DNA from: Takakia lepidozioides
Lineage: Eukaryota > Plantae > Bryophyta
DNA: 64,000 bases
Reading direction: 5' to 3'
Assembly: GCA_030704615.1 (NCBI GenBank)
Contig: CM060732.1
Span: forward strand, 56,048,001 to 56,112,000
The notes under the pieces are model-generated. The model made no database searches and was not told where the DNA came from. It saw only the letters and a program-made list of their open reading frames with translations. This document shows, in pieces, positions 1 to 17,877 of the stretch. The first letter of the stretch is position 1; every line of letters begins with the position of its first letter. The position numbers were made by a program, and so were the translations under genes.

Positions 1-4651
<4,651 letters not shown>

Positions 4652-5402
4652 AGCGTCAATCTCTGATCTGATCTTACTTTTCCAACCAGTGCTGCCCAAT
4701 TGTGTTGAATTAAGCTGCCTTGATGGACAGCTTCCTCACAATCTCTGAAAGGTAGAAGAAAAATGTGTGACGTTCGATCTTGTACTGACTTGCACTTTGA
4801 TTCTGAGAGTGCGAAGCAAACTACATTTTATAGCCCTCACAAAGCTATGGCCTCCCTGGGACTCTGCGAAACTTCTACACAGAAGGTCCTTGTACATTCT
4901 GATTGTTCAACAAGAAATGCATTCTCTCTTTAACGCAGAAGGCCTGTCACAATACAAAAGTTTCTTCGCTTCACAGAAGGTCCTTGTACATTCTGATTGG
5001 TCAACAGAAAAAATGAAGAATGCAGGAGGAGGACGAGTAGTTTGGTGGTTGCCTGTGGCAATACAAAAGTTTCTTCGCTTCATTTGTGCGCGTGTGGAAT
5101 GACGCCGCCTTTGTCGGCACATGAAACCATGTTACTCGATATGCTCAACAACCAGCCCCTAAGAAATAGCCAGCGTTGTTTCTCCATGTGGGTTCGGTGT
5201 GGGTGTCAGAGCAATCAGCTGAAATGACCGTTTAAACTGCCTTAGTGACGTAAGTACCTCTTCTATCCATACCTCTACCCCTCCCCCTTCTGCCCTTGTG
5301 TGCAACCAATCCCCATCCAGACCCACGATGAAACACAATGTTGAATCTTTAATGTTGCAAGATAAGAATGAGTGCAACCGCGTCTTCAAAGTTTCTTACT
5401 AA

Positions 5403-8400
5403 GGGGAGCACATCCAACAACAGTCCTCACTCTCTGGAGGAGACAGTCTCGGCTACCTTGCGAGAGGAATAGCAACGGGCTTTCAAAGCCCTTAACATCA
5501 GGGTCACTGGGAAGCTAGGGGGCCTTGCTGAGGGGGACCCTCTTGACGCTGCCACCAGCCTTATTCAGCAAAACCTTGTTCTCCCACGGGGCGCGACTGG
5601 CATTGAAAGGGCTTGGCGTGCAGGATCTTCAGAGCACAAAGTCCTCTTCATTAGATTCAAGGACAAGGGTGCTCGGGATAGAGTCCTCAGGCAGAGGCCT
5701 CAATTGAGAGGTCAGGGTATGTACCTCAACGATGACTTGACCCCTTTGCAATACAACGCCATGCGGGCGCAACTCTTGCAGGTTAGACAAGCTCGAGCTC
5801 AGGGGCACTATGCCGTGTACCGAGATGGGAGGGTAATTGTCCGGGAGCACGAACGTCGCCCCTCTAGCTCTAAATAGGGGTTGGGGCACCATGAGACCGA
5901 CGCACGCTCACATCTACACATTGGCTCATGGAACTATAATGGCTCGTTGTGGAGCCACCCGCAAGGGCTTCTAGATATTCTTTCCAAGTGTGATGTTCTT
6001 TTTCTTTTGGAAACTCATGCGTATGAAGGAAATGACCCCCCTTTTATTCTCGGGTATAGCTTTCAGTCAGTGATTCGTCCAGGTACAGGTCTCAAAAGAT
6101 CTGGAGGTGTGGCTTGTTACTTTGCTGACTGGCTTTTCCCACTTATCTCCTTCCTATACAAAGACCCACTAGCAAGGTACATTTGGTGTCACATCAAAGG
6201 CTACAACATCCTGCTGGCGGGATGTTATTTTGCTCCGGCCGCATCTCCGCACAGCGGCCTACATATTCGAACAGATTCACCATATGTTCCATTGGAAGAC
6301 GATATGGCCCGTCTCCGTACCCCACAAACGGACATTTTCTTGGTTGGAGATTTCAACGCCCGTACAGGATCACTACAGGCCCCCACCTTCGACCACACAG
6401 ATCCTCTACACATCCAACACTCGCATACGGAATTGGAGAGGCAAAGTGCAGATTCCTCTTGCGAAAACACAAGTTACGGTCACCATCTACTCAAGTTTTA
6501 TGAAACTCAGGGGTTGTCCATTTACAATGGAAGAACCAACTTCAAATCCTCCAGCCAGTTCACTTGCCACACGTACAAGAGCCAAAGCGTGGTTGACTAT
6601 CTCTTGGGGAGCCCCAACAAGTATGATAGAATAAGCTCCTTTTACATCACGAGGTACCCGGATTCTGATCACTCTTGCCTTTCCTTTGCATTTCCTTCCA
6701 TCTCCCTCCCCATGAGGATCCCCTCTGCTCTTCCCTTACACCCACGTATCCACTTTAATACCCCTTTCTCTCACTTACACGACGCGGGTATGAAACATAC
6801 CTAGCGTCAACCCTCCCTTCCATTCTACATCTATCATCTCCTAACGACAAGGCTACACATCTTACTCAAGCCCTTTGGGCCTCAGCCCTGCGATCCTTTC
6901 CCGTCACCCTTCCATCTACCTCCTCACCCTTCTCCACTCGTCGTTACGCACCATTTTATGATGAGGAATGCAAGACTGCTAGACGTCGCATCAAATTTTT
7001 ACTACTTGATACCAATTCTTCTCCAGAGTCCACTAATCTTGCTCTTAAGCTCTATAAGTCCCTCATTAGATCCAAAAAGCAAGCCTACACTATCAAGTTG
7101 CAATCTTCTTTCTTTGCTAAAATCAGATTTTCTCCTCGATCTTTTTGGTCCCTCCTTAAACCTCATAGAGACCCCCCCCCAATCACTGACATCCATGTCT
7201 GGCATGAGTATGCACAATCTTTGTACCATTCCCCAACCCAAACTCCTCCTATAACCTCTAAACCCCTTCACTTCTCTCTCTTTACTACAGCCAATGTCAG
7301 TAAGGCAATCAAGAAGCTGCAAAATGGCAGAGCGGTGGACATTTCAGGACTTCAGAGTGAATTCATCAAGCATGCTGCACCTACTTTAGCCCCTTTTATA
7401 GCTAACCTCTTCAATGAGGTGGTGCAACGGGGCTTTCTAGTAGAGTGGACAAAGAGCATCATCCACCCACTTTTTATGAGCGGTGACAGGCTCGCACCAA
7501 CAAACTATCGTACTATCATGGTGTCTTCATTACTTGCTAAACTGTTTGAGGCAGTAGTGGCCATGGAACTGGATGATTGGGCTGAGTACTCTCGCATTCG
7601 TGCTGAGGGATAGGCTGGTTTCCGTCGAAACCGATCCACTATTGACCACATCTTCACTCTTCAGGTTATGGTGGAAAGTGCACGCTATGACAAAAGAATG
7701 GTCTATGTTTGCTTCGTGGACTTTCACAAAGCCTTTGATTCAGTTCCTCGGGACCTTCTCTTCCAACGGCTCCATAGAGTGGAAGTCCCTCCAGACATCC
7801 TTTGTGCCATCTCTTCTATGTATGAGATTGTCACTGGCATGGTCAACGTCGCTGGTGAATTCTTAGCCGAGATCCACAGCAACATTGGAGTCAAATAGGG
7901 CTGCCCCCTTTCACCTACCCTGTTCAGGATCTACATTGACGCCTTGGAGAATCACATATAAAAAAACCATGGGGTTGGGGTCCCATTGGATGGGGGACAA
8001 ACCCAATCAGATCTCCTCTACGCTGATGATGTTGCCCTTTTGGCACAATCCCCGGTCTTTCTGCAACGCCATCTCAAAATTTTGGAACAGTTTTGCAAAG
8101 ACTATGGGATGCAAGTCAATCTTAGCAAGACCAAGATCATGGTCTTCAATGGTCAGGCTGATCGTAGATTCATCTTCAACCAGCAGGAAATTGAGATTGT
8201 GAAATCATACCGGTACCTAGGTCTGGTTATCCACTCCCCCAAGTTTCACTTTGCAGCCACTGCCTTGGACAGGTTGACTAAAGGTAAGGCGGCCTCCGTC
8301 CGCCTTCAGGCCAAATGCAAGCAAATACATCTGCGGCATCCCCCGACCAAAAAGTGGCTGTTTAACACCGTCGTCAGCCCTGCTACCATCTATGGTTGTG

Positions 8401-9341
8401 AGTTCTGGGCACCTGGTGTCCCTGTCTCCTGGTAGGAAAAGAATTTGGAACCATTACAGTCATCTTTTCTCCAAGCAATGCTTGGCGCCAGGAGCACAAC
8501 TCCATCTCAGATCCTAGGTGCCGAGTTCGCATGTGTACCATTGCAATCCGAGGCCCTCTTCAGGCTTACAATCTTTCTCCATAGATTGCAGGCCCTTCCA
8601 CCCAAAGGGCTAGTGGCAAGGGCCCTCACAACATCTATGAGGCTCAAAGCTGCAGGTTTCAGGAACTCCTGGTATGCTCGAGTGGACAGTTTATTTCAAC
8701 GTAACGGACTTTCTACTGTTTTCCTATTACCAATGAACCCAGATGAGGTGGACATCACATCCAGACATGACCGCAACAGACTCATTCGGAGAGAGCTTAT
8801 GGAAGTACATGTCAAGAGAACTTGGATGCTACCCAATCTCACGACAACGCTCCACTTCTATCGAGAGACATTCTTGGTGCTCCGCGATGATAGAATCTTG
8901 AGACCAAATTTACCTTTCAGCACCCTTATCTCCTTCCCTCTTGAGGTCATTGGGGCGGTTCAGGGTGGGTTCCCACAACCTACGGATAGAGACTGGCAGA
9001 TGGGAAAACCTGCAACGGGAGGACCGCCTATGTCCAGCTTGCATAGGGCGCAGCAAGGAAATTGAAACTGAAGAACACTTCTTCTTCTACTACCCTCTAT
9101 ACTACGAGATCCGTGGGAGATTCCACTGTTTATTCAGTGGAACCCAAACTCTCACTGATGTCTTTCACTATGAGGATCAAAAATGCGTGGCAGCCTACCT
9201 ACACGAGGCCTTCACCCTTAGACAAGCGCTAGAACATTAATTGTGGTTTCTGGATTTGTTCCTCTCTCATGTTTTCTTCCATTTTGTCCCATAAGCTCTA
9301 CGAGCTTTCCGCAGACGTTATAAAGCACCATTTCATTTCAT
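5403..9341 (+). mobile_element. Near full-length decayed LINE (ORF1 C-terminal part plus ORF2 APE endonuclease-RT-zinc knuckle; RTE-X-like)
   Basis: ORF1 remnant ALNIRVTG...LFIRF...YLNDDLTP ends at TAG 5875-5877. Endonuclease motifs SWNYNG, LLETH, VGDFNART, VVDY, SDH. RT motifs NYRTI, FVDFHKAFD, LLYADD, YRYLG. C-terminus SHNLRIETGRW..CPAC..ETEEH. 3' hairpin AAGCTC-TAC-GAGCTT, (CATTT)3 tail, candidate 7-bp TSD TTACTAA (5396-5402/9342-9348). Several stops and frameshifts. Confidence 0.93.
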
Positions 9342-9846
9342 TTACTAACAGTTGAAAAGTATTTCAAGCCAACAAAGATAGTTGTGGTTCAGGTCATTGG
9401 GTCTGTAGAAAGAAAGATGTTTTAGTATAATAAGCTTCATGAAGACCAAGCTTCGCAATCATCTAACGACCCATTTGGATCTTTTCTGAGAAATGTATAG
9501 TCAATTGTATAACACATAATTTTCCATATGTCCAGGCCATTACTAGTTGGAAAGAGAAGAAAATTTGTTATGGCATGGCATAGGCATTGAGCAAGTGTTC
9601 CAGATAGGTTCCAAAGCTTTCTGCATTGGGATATGCCCCGCATTTGCAATACTTGAGGCTTAATCATCACTCTAAAGTGGTTTCCACATGCTTCCATCTC
9701 TGAAATATGAGAGTCATCGTTAGCATGGAATTTGTTTGGTCTCAATTTTCAATCTTGAGTTCTACTTTTGTTGTCGTAAGTTCACCCACCCAGCTATTGG
9801 TAAAATTACCATTCTAGTGCCAAATCCACTATTTATATGGCAATAT

Positions 9847-10270
9847 AAGATAAAGATAAAGATAAAAATTCTTTAATGTGGCAATTCTTTAATTCTTTAT
9901 GTGGCAATATAGAAAGACAAGTAATTGATCGACGCTACGCATTGAATAAGAGTGCATATAGAGAGAAAGAAAAAAGACTCCGGCCAAAGCCGGCGTAACT
10001 AAGAGCCACTTTGTCTTGCGGCTACTAACCCCTTTCACGGGTTGGTGGCAAAAAAAACTCACAATGAGTGATTAGTAACGAAGATGTATGAACTTCAAAT
10101 GAATGGTCATTGTTGCCATAGCTTATGCCATATAAAACAATTTTCTAAAAACTGGGTCAGGTTACTACCGACACCCTACGCGCCCCGCATCCCAGGGTCC
10201 ATCCCTAAAGCCTACAAAAACATTGACCTCCTCGTTGCAACTGGGTTGCCCCACATCCCGAGAAGGTAAC
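9847..10270 (-). mobile_element. Possible 3' remnant of another LINE with (TCTTTA)n tail
   Basis: Interrupts a block homologous to 34870-35210. Minus frame ends ...LTQFLENCFIW; hairpin CCGGC-N4-GCCGG at ~9980; short hexamer repeat at 9847-9865. Confidence 0.35.
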
Positions 10271-10984
10271 CACATCAACCATGCTAATTAAATTCCACAC
10301 CTACACAACACACCAAATATACTCACCAAATTTTGGTGTTCAACTTCCAACCAATCGCCTGAATCTATTAACTACTCTCTCCAATAGCCACATAACCCAC
10401 TGGCCATTTAGGCCTCCATTGCCTTATGGGGGAAAAAAACTCTGCCACGGAACTGGCTGGTACTCGGGTACTCTGAGTCTAACTCTGGTTTATACCAGGG
10501 GCCGAAACATTATGTTATCTTGAAGTTTAGAAGCCAAGGAAGGAGATACACCCATCTTGGCCTTGGCTTAGAATTTATTGCACTTGTGCCTGGAATATGC
10601 ATAACATGATCATGTGACACTAGCAAGCCAAAAGACCACATACAATAATTTGTGCAGAGATGCTCATCCAGAACCTACATGATCCCATGATTGTCTGAAC
10701 AAGAAATCTAAAGTCCACTACCCTTTACATTCAAACCTTTAAAGTTGCCAGATGGCTTTCTCCATGTTCGATTCTTAGCTCAAGTATCTAGGTACGTAGT
10801 TATGGAACTGCACCGGAAATTGTCAGGCAAGCATTATTTAGTCATTTGACTGTGAGGCTGTGAGCTGAAGCAAGTACAGCTTTCCAGCATGCGTGCTTCG
10901 AAAACGTGATATTAAGTTCCACAGTGACCACCACATTGCAAGCTGTGGTTGCACTTGCATTGAATTGCGACTTTGTATATACTC

Positions 10985-13900
10985 TCAAACTGCAACTGCA
11001 CCCCGCCATGAGGAAAGGGGCGGGCTAGTATTGAACTGCCATGTGCTCCTCATCAGAGGACCTGCATACCGGTCACCTGCAACCTCATCAATTGGCACAG
11101 CCGCTTCAATCTCTTCTATATCCTTCTCCGTAAGTGAGACTTTCAGAGCTTCAATGTTGGACACCAAATTGGCCTTCTTGGTTGTCCCTGGGATGGGTAC
11201 CGCATCAGCCCCCTTGTGATGAACCCAGGCAAGAGCCAATTGATTTAATGTACACTTTTTCTTCTCAGCAATCTCAGTGACTCGATCCCGCATTGCTACA
11301 TTTTTGGCCAGATTTTCTCCCGGTGTCATCCTTGGATAAGACTGCAGAGAGAGATTTGCATGAGAATAAACCCTGCAACCTCAAATGAGCTTTGAATGTT
11401 CATCACCAAGATCTAACAGTCTCAGGCAAACCTACGATCTTCATCAACTGAGGTACATATTAGTTAAGTTGTACCAGACTCCATGCGGGTTCAGCCACAG
11501 GCATGGCAGAGTGAGAGCGCCAAGGAGGATGAGAAAAGATACTCTGACATTCTACCTTTCTGTACAATTGACCACTCCCTGTCAACATTGATGATGGAAT
11601 GCCCATGAAGGTCTCAAGGCCTTAAGCAATACTGTCCCTCATGAGGCAAGATGTGGAGGTTGGACCCCACCAATCATCTATAGAAACCATCTCAAATTAC
11701 CATAACGCTGGCAAGAGAAACAAACAAAAAGAGAAATTATATAACCTCCACAGGAGGCCTGCCAAGGTTCCGTGGGACAAAAAACCATTCAGAACTATCA
11801 AGCACCACCTCAAGACCGTGCCTTTGGCAGGCAGACTGCCAAGCACTTGGAGGTGAGACTTCGGCTAAAGACTGGGAGTTTCTGAACAGGCAACAGTATC
11901 TGTCTCAGATCTTGAATTAGGCAGGCTTATTCCTCAGAAAGGAAAGGAACTAGCCTCGGCAGATGTTTCACCTCACCACCCCATCCCAATCGGCACGGTG
12001 TGAGAACCAAATTGAAGGTGCCAATGCCCTCGTAAGGAATGCAGTGACCTTCTCAGGGAGGCAGAAAGAAAACATGAGAGAGGAAACAAAAAACCCCCAG
12101 AGCCAGAGATGAAAACTATTGTTCGAGTAGTTGTCTAAGGAAAGAAAGAAAATATTACATCCACAGGAGGGAGCAGAGGGAGGGAAAAGGCTGGGGGCAA
12201 TGGGTGAGGGCATAAGGGGTGATTCTCCCTATTGACATTTTCTCCCGAAAACACATGATCTTCTTTCTATCCCTCTTCCCTTTCACCCACCTGCTTACAT
12301 TAACGTAGAAAGGTAATAACATACAGTCTCTCTAGTCTCTTTACCCTGGGACTGAGGTTTACAGGGGCATTTAGGTGATCCCTCAGTCCTCTGTAATTCA
12401 GCAAATCCTGTGAATAAGGCCACAGGTCATTTGTCCGAGGCATTCAGTTTTCTTTACTCTAGAGCAGCATTCCTCTGTGACCTTACTGATTGTACTGTCA
12501 ATGACCTCCAGATCAAGAAACCACTTTCAAAAACACCAAAAGATGCAATGCAGGTAGGATTCCAGGCACTTTTAAGACAGAGAAAGTAAAAGGGAAACCT
12601 GCCGACGATCACCCTGAGCAGCCTCCTCAGGCTTAAAACCAGCCAAGAAACCTCGACCAAGAGGGCTGTAGGGGACAATCCCTATCCCCAACTCTCTGCA
12701 CACACAAATTATCCCCTTCAACACCAGCTCACTTCCCCTTCAGCGTCGTTTACAATGCATGAGAGCTAGCATGTGAATGCTACTTCCATGTTGTCAATCA
12801 GCTGCCAAACTCCTCAAGTGGAATTCTAGTTTAAACAGACAACCCAGTTGCAAGTCTAACGTGTGGACATTGTCATATGTGCTCCACCCAGCAGCAGGAA
12901 GACCAACAGCCCACTACATTTGGTACCATGACTCGAGGTCTAGGAAGAATATTAGGTCAGAAGATAGGAAGTCACCATTACAAGTGCCACCTTTGAAGAG
13001 GGGCAACAGCTCAGAATGTCCATGAGACGTGACATCATCTTCCTTTATTTCTTCTGCAGCTGGTTGAGATTGACACAGTGACTTGCGACTGCATTTATCA
13101 TATGCCTCTCTAGACGATCTTGATAGGAGTTAAGTGTTTCCCACTCCACCATCATAACGTATAAGTAGTGAACTTATGCAACTCTCAACACAGCTTGGTA
13201 CCCTATTCTGGAGGATATCAGGTCAAACGTGACCCAGAATTCATACCTGCAAGTAGGAATGATATCCTCTTCCACATCACGCGACCAGAGAGACCACTCA
13301 ATCTGGACGGCAGTGATAGGGTGCACAGCATGAGCGCGCCGAATGTCAGAGGCACATGCCTCCGACAATCCCAAATACTTCACCTTGCCCTCCTCCACCA
13401 GCTTCTTCATAGCGCCTACCTGGACACAGAGCCCGCATAGGAGATGGCTTTATATTTGCATTTTCTCCCAAGTTTCTCTATGGGTTCATGTTCTCTTGTG
13501 CAGTTCAATTTCTCCCATGGGGCTTCTACCCCGCAATCTTGTTTTATGATGACAGCGGTTGCTTAAGCCACATAGGATGGACAAGAGGAGACAGATGCGT
13601 ACTGTGATTTCAATAGGAACTTTGGGATCCACGCGATGCTGGTAGTAGAGATCAATGTAATCTACATCCAACCTCTTCAAGCTCGCTTCGCAAGCTTCAC
13701 GCACGTACTCTGGGTCCCCTCGAATTGCGACAGTCCAGGCTCCTTCCACAATACGTAGAATTCCGAATTTGGTAGCCAATTGCACTTTGTCCCGAATGCC
13801 TTTGATCGCCTGCAGTAAACCCATTCCCTGTGCCTGAGTCCCGGGCCTCTATGGTCTGAAAAATCATGTGTCATTTTACCAAATCAGAGCAGCTGCGTGA

Positions 13901-14199
13901 GGTGAAAGAGGAGAAGGTGGAGGAGAAAGATAGGGATATGGAGATCTTAAATCAAAGAATTCGTGTAAAACCATCACCTTTCCAATAAGAACCTCGTTGG
14001 TATGAGGCCCATACGCATCAGAAGTGTCAAAGAAAGTTACCCCGGCCTCCACAGAAAACTTAATGAGCTCAATCATCTCGTCCTCAGGCTTGGGAATTCC
14101 ATAGGCCATGGACATGCCCATGCAGCCCAAGCCCAAGACCGATACTTCCAGACCCTGAGAACCCAACTTTACTTGCGGGATGGTGGGGAGAGACGCCAT
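10985..14199 (-). CDS. Aldo-keto reductase copy 2. Exons 14199-13978, 13809-13603, 13419-13247, 12695-12599, 11341-10985
   Basis: Five in-frame GT-AG exons; DTSDAYG, LATKFG, YYQHR, PIPGTTK..NL..N motifs; stop at 10985-10987. Confidence 0.94.
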
Positions 14200-15789
14200 A
14201 ACTGATCAACCTCCGAGCTTGATCTTCCAACCAGTGGTGCCCAAATTTGTAACTCACAGAGTTGAGCTGCGTAGACAGAGATCACCCTCACAATCCTTGA
14301 GCTGAAAACTGTGCCCAATGTGCCCACGGACAGACAGTCGCTCCTCTACGTGCCTACCTACTTGTGTGCTCTTGGCTTCTGATCGTTAGAGAGATGAGAC
14401 TGACTGCAACTGCAGAAACTAAATATATAGCCTCTCTGGGAACGGAGAAACTTTTTTTTTTTAAAGTACAGTGGACGAGAGCCAAATCCCGGTGATCAGG
14501 GGATATGTTTTACTTCCTTTCCACGGCATGCAAAGTGGCAGCAGTACGTTCAGTGGGACTCTCTCAGGAAGTTGCACAGGGAAGTTCCAAGCTACAATGT
14601 CACATTCATCGTTCTTTGGTACGTGTGCATGCCTTCACTCTTGAGTTATACTCTGGGGCCACGAGTAAGTACTTAGAGCTCTTCATATTTTGTAGGATCC
14701 TTGCACATTATATCTGCAATGTAGCTCTAAGTAACATCTTCACCCCTACAGGACGAGCTAAAATCCAGCACTTTTGGACAAAACAGCTATATACTATGTA
14801 CCCTGCATTTTCTAGCTCTATCTTCCTACCCCATACATCCACATGGATGAACCGTACAATGTCATCCCGTGACAAAATTTCAGGAGATTTGACAGTTGCA
14901 AATGGGAAACAAATGGCCCAAATTGAGAACAATTCAAAAATCCCATGACAAATTTGCTTTGACAATTGCTTTTGCTTTTTGGCATTTTGCAAAGTTTTGT
15001 AGAGTGATTGGCCTCCACATTCTGGATTTGGGGCATATACCATTTGCGCCTAAATGCCCACAAAAACTAATTTGACTGCAGATTCCTATGGCCATTGTAT
15101 GCACCACTCCACAGCAAAGGTGACTGCCTAAAATTTTTTTGATTCAGAGGAAATTTCGCAGGTGGATGGGGATTATTCTTGGTTTTCCGGCCATCTGCAA
15201 TGCAGGCATTCTGGTGCCGGAACGGTGCCGTCCCCCACAATAAGGGCCAACTTGATCGACAAACATGTGTTATTTTTCACGGCCTTCCCATATCGGCCAG
15301 CGCAATAATACCTGGGAATATGGGCGCCAGCAAACCCACTTCCCACTTTGTTTGAAACCCAAAAGTGACACACCTAAATAGTTCCTCCATGCTCAATTGG
15401 GCATGTTACCCAAACTTTGCTGGGACAACTTGCACACGGAAGTGTACCCTAAGGGTGGGTTTCTTAAAGTTATGTTGCCTCTCACCCGTAACTTTGCATC
15501 CAGAAAATCCTTGGAGAATCGGAGCCTGAATGCCAGAGTCCAACTACAGTGACCCCCACACAATCCAAATAAAAAAGGGTGTCATATTTTGCTGCAAGCT
15601 TTTGCATGCTTGGATTGGAGACCACTGACTGAAGTGATGGTCTCCAAATTTTGGTGGTCGTACTAAGCCACCAGATGCGGTTTGTTGGACATATTGCTGC
15701 GGAAGAGGGATGGAAGTGACTATAGGCCAAGTCTACCATGTGCTTGGGGGTGGTTGCAGCAACTCTAGAGAGTGGCTCTAAAAGTTCAG

Positions 15790-16240
15790 TTTTGAGAGGA
15801 TCTCCTCAATTTGGTCTTCTCGAAAAAAATATTTGGTCCTCTTTTCTCCTTTCGTGGACCAATTGATTCCGGCTTGCAGCTTAAGTTGCTCTTGCGGGAT
15901 TTGAAAATCCTCCAGGTTTCTCCTGGCTTCCATACAGGATTGATAAGTGTCGTCATCACACCTAGCGGGATTCGATTCTATTCTTACGAACCATCAGGCA
16001 TTTCATAAGAGCCTTGATTTTACGTTTTTTGTTGGTTGTCAGTTCCTTACTCATGGTCTGACTGGCCAGACAAACCGCTTTCAGTTTTGCGCCTCGGATT
16101 TGTGTATTGGATTAAGATTCCCAGAACCTGCCTGAGCCCAAGTGTCCGAAAGTCCCCGTTTGAGGGAAGGGATTTTAAGGAGGCTGCCGTTGAGCTTGTA
16201 CAAGCCTCTGCCCCTTATTTGTACCTGTGGGATGGCTATC
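15790..16240 (-). mobile_element. L1/Tx1-type LINE ORF2 fragment (region between endonuclease and RT)
   Basis: Minus-strand RGRGLYKLNGSLL and INWSTKGEKRTKYFF match typical L1-clade inter-domain motifs; interrupted by stops. Confidence 0.65.
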
Positions 16241-16469
16241 AAAGCCTTGAGAGATACGTTCAAATAAATAGAGATAGATATAGATAGAGAGGCCAAGACC
16301 ACTTTCCCTTTACCAAAAAAAACAGAAAAAAAAAACAATCGCATGCTGCTGTCGACGAGGAGGATAGATAGTGGAGACGCCTGCGTTTGTGAGGCGGGCG
16401 AAACTAGCGATTGAGATGCTAGCGGTTTAGAGGATTGGAAGCACTTGTGTACAGCTGCTAGATCCATGG

Positions 16470-17510
16470 CCCACAGAAATTTGCTTGGTGCAGTGATGAC
16501 CCGTGTTACAGTTTATGCTAGAAAGCCTGGGTTGAAGGGAGTCATAGCGGATGGCTTGAGACGCGAGAATGGACACACATCTGAAATTCACAGGGCCCAG
16601 GTGAGCACTCGATCAGAAGTGGTGACCTTCTCATGTCCTTACTAAAACTATAACAGGCAAGTGTGCAGGTCCTTAAGCTTGGCTATCTCCTCTTGCTATG
16701 TTCTCCTGGGCATATTTGTGATGCTTTTCCGTTTACTGTTTTTTTCCAAGGCAGATATGGAGCACGCCCAAGAAGTTAAAAGGTTCGAGGGCTGTCGCCT
16801 ATCCGGGTCAAAAGATGGAGGTTGCTCCTCTATTTGTCAAGGTAATTGTACCATTTTCCATCTGTTCATGTTAGCTCGGGTCTAGTATCACGCTGGAGTC
16901 TACGGCCAATGGTATCTCAGCAAGTGCTTTGTCTCGCTTTTTTGGGTGGATGTTGTATATGTGATGTCAGGCTCAGAAGATGGTGGGATGTTGCAAACTA
17001 TATTGTTCAACAACCGTTCCGCCTGCATTGCAGGACGATATAATACAAGAGGTTCCGCGTGCATTGGAGGACGAGATGATACAAGACTGCCATTGCAAGT
17101 GCAGAAACAATATCATTCTTGGATTTGGTGAGCAGGGTAACTGCCAAGCACGGGTTGGTGTTTGAGTGTAGGGCCAAGTAAAATGGTTTGGGTCGCCCTC
17201 TCCTAGCCATAATATGGCAATTGCAGCCCTACTTCACCAGTTGTTCTCGGTGGCAGAGAGTGAAGGGCCAAAACACGATATTTTGTTCGACGCCTCAGTC
17301 CGCTACGAGACGAGCCAATATCAGCATCCATTGCAAAGCAGATTGTGCTGCTGCTGGTGTCCAACACTATTGGCTTGGTTGCTCCATCAAAGGCTGGATA
17401 GAGTGCTCAACCCTATCAGATACAGGGGCATATGAAATGGTGAGGACTGTCCATAGGACCGATGGACAAGTTACTCTGGCGCCATTCACTAAGCCTATTG
17501 ACCTCCATTG
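16470..17510 (+). mobile_element. Possible Mutator-like (SWIM finger) transposase remnant
   Basis: YIV...CHCKCRNNIILGFGEQGNC/KH gives a CxC..CxH pattern with one frameshift (~17085-17150). 36-bp tandem duplication at 17016-17086. Boundaries uncertain. Confidence 0.35.
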
Positions 17511-17630
17511 ACCTCCAGAAAGTCTTTAGGGGCTACTAATGAGGGGTGGGCCATTCAAAGCTATCATAGTTTGGAAAGCTTTGACAATGTTGGTTCTACT
17601 ACTAAACATTAAACATTTCACTTTCCTTCA

Positions 17631-17877
17631 GGCCCGAAGTAGCTCAGTTGGATAGTGCACCAAGTGCTATCCAGATGATTCTGGGGCCAAAGGGCCAAAT
17701 CCTGCTACATTGTTGGGTGGTGGTATGTTCTTCTTCCCCTTCCCTTGGGGAGTGTCCCATCGGCATGCCTTCGCAACGAGGTTATTCTGAGGTTATTTTC
17801 TCCTCTCACTATAATTAAGGGGCCTGATTTGTGAGCTGTCGCTCCCAATTGTTTCCCTTGAAAAAAAAGAAAAAAGA
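17631..17877 (+). mobile_element. tRNA-derived SINE-like element
   Basis: Pol III A box TAGCTCAGTTGG (17640-17651), degenerate B box GGGCCAAATCC (17692-17702), ~170-bp body, A-rich tail 17861-17877. Confidence 0.6.

Noticed and set aside
5095-5255. TGACG (as-1-like) and TGTCGG (AuxRE-like) motifs upstream of AKR copy 1
   Set aside because: Short motifs expected by chance and not evidently conserved in the other copies' promoters.
7611-8435. Programmed TAG readthrough or recoding in LINE ORF2
   Set aside because: The stops are explained by C>T decay and co-occur with frameshifts.
17631-17710. Functional tRNA gene
   Set aside because: The B box and T arm are degenerate, there is no convincing cloverleaf or acceptor stem, and it is followed by a body and A-rich tail typical of a SINE.
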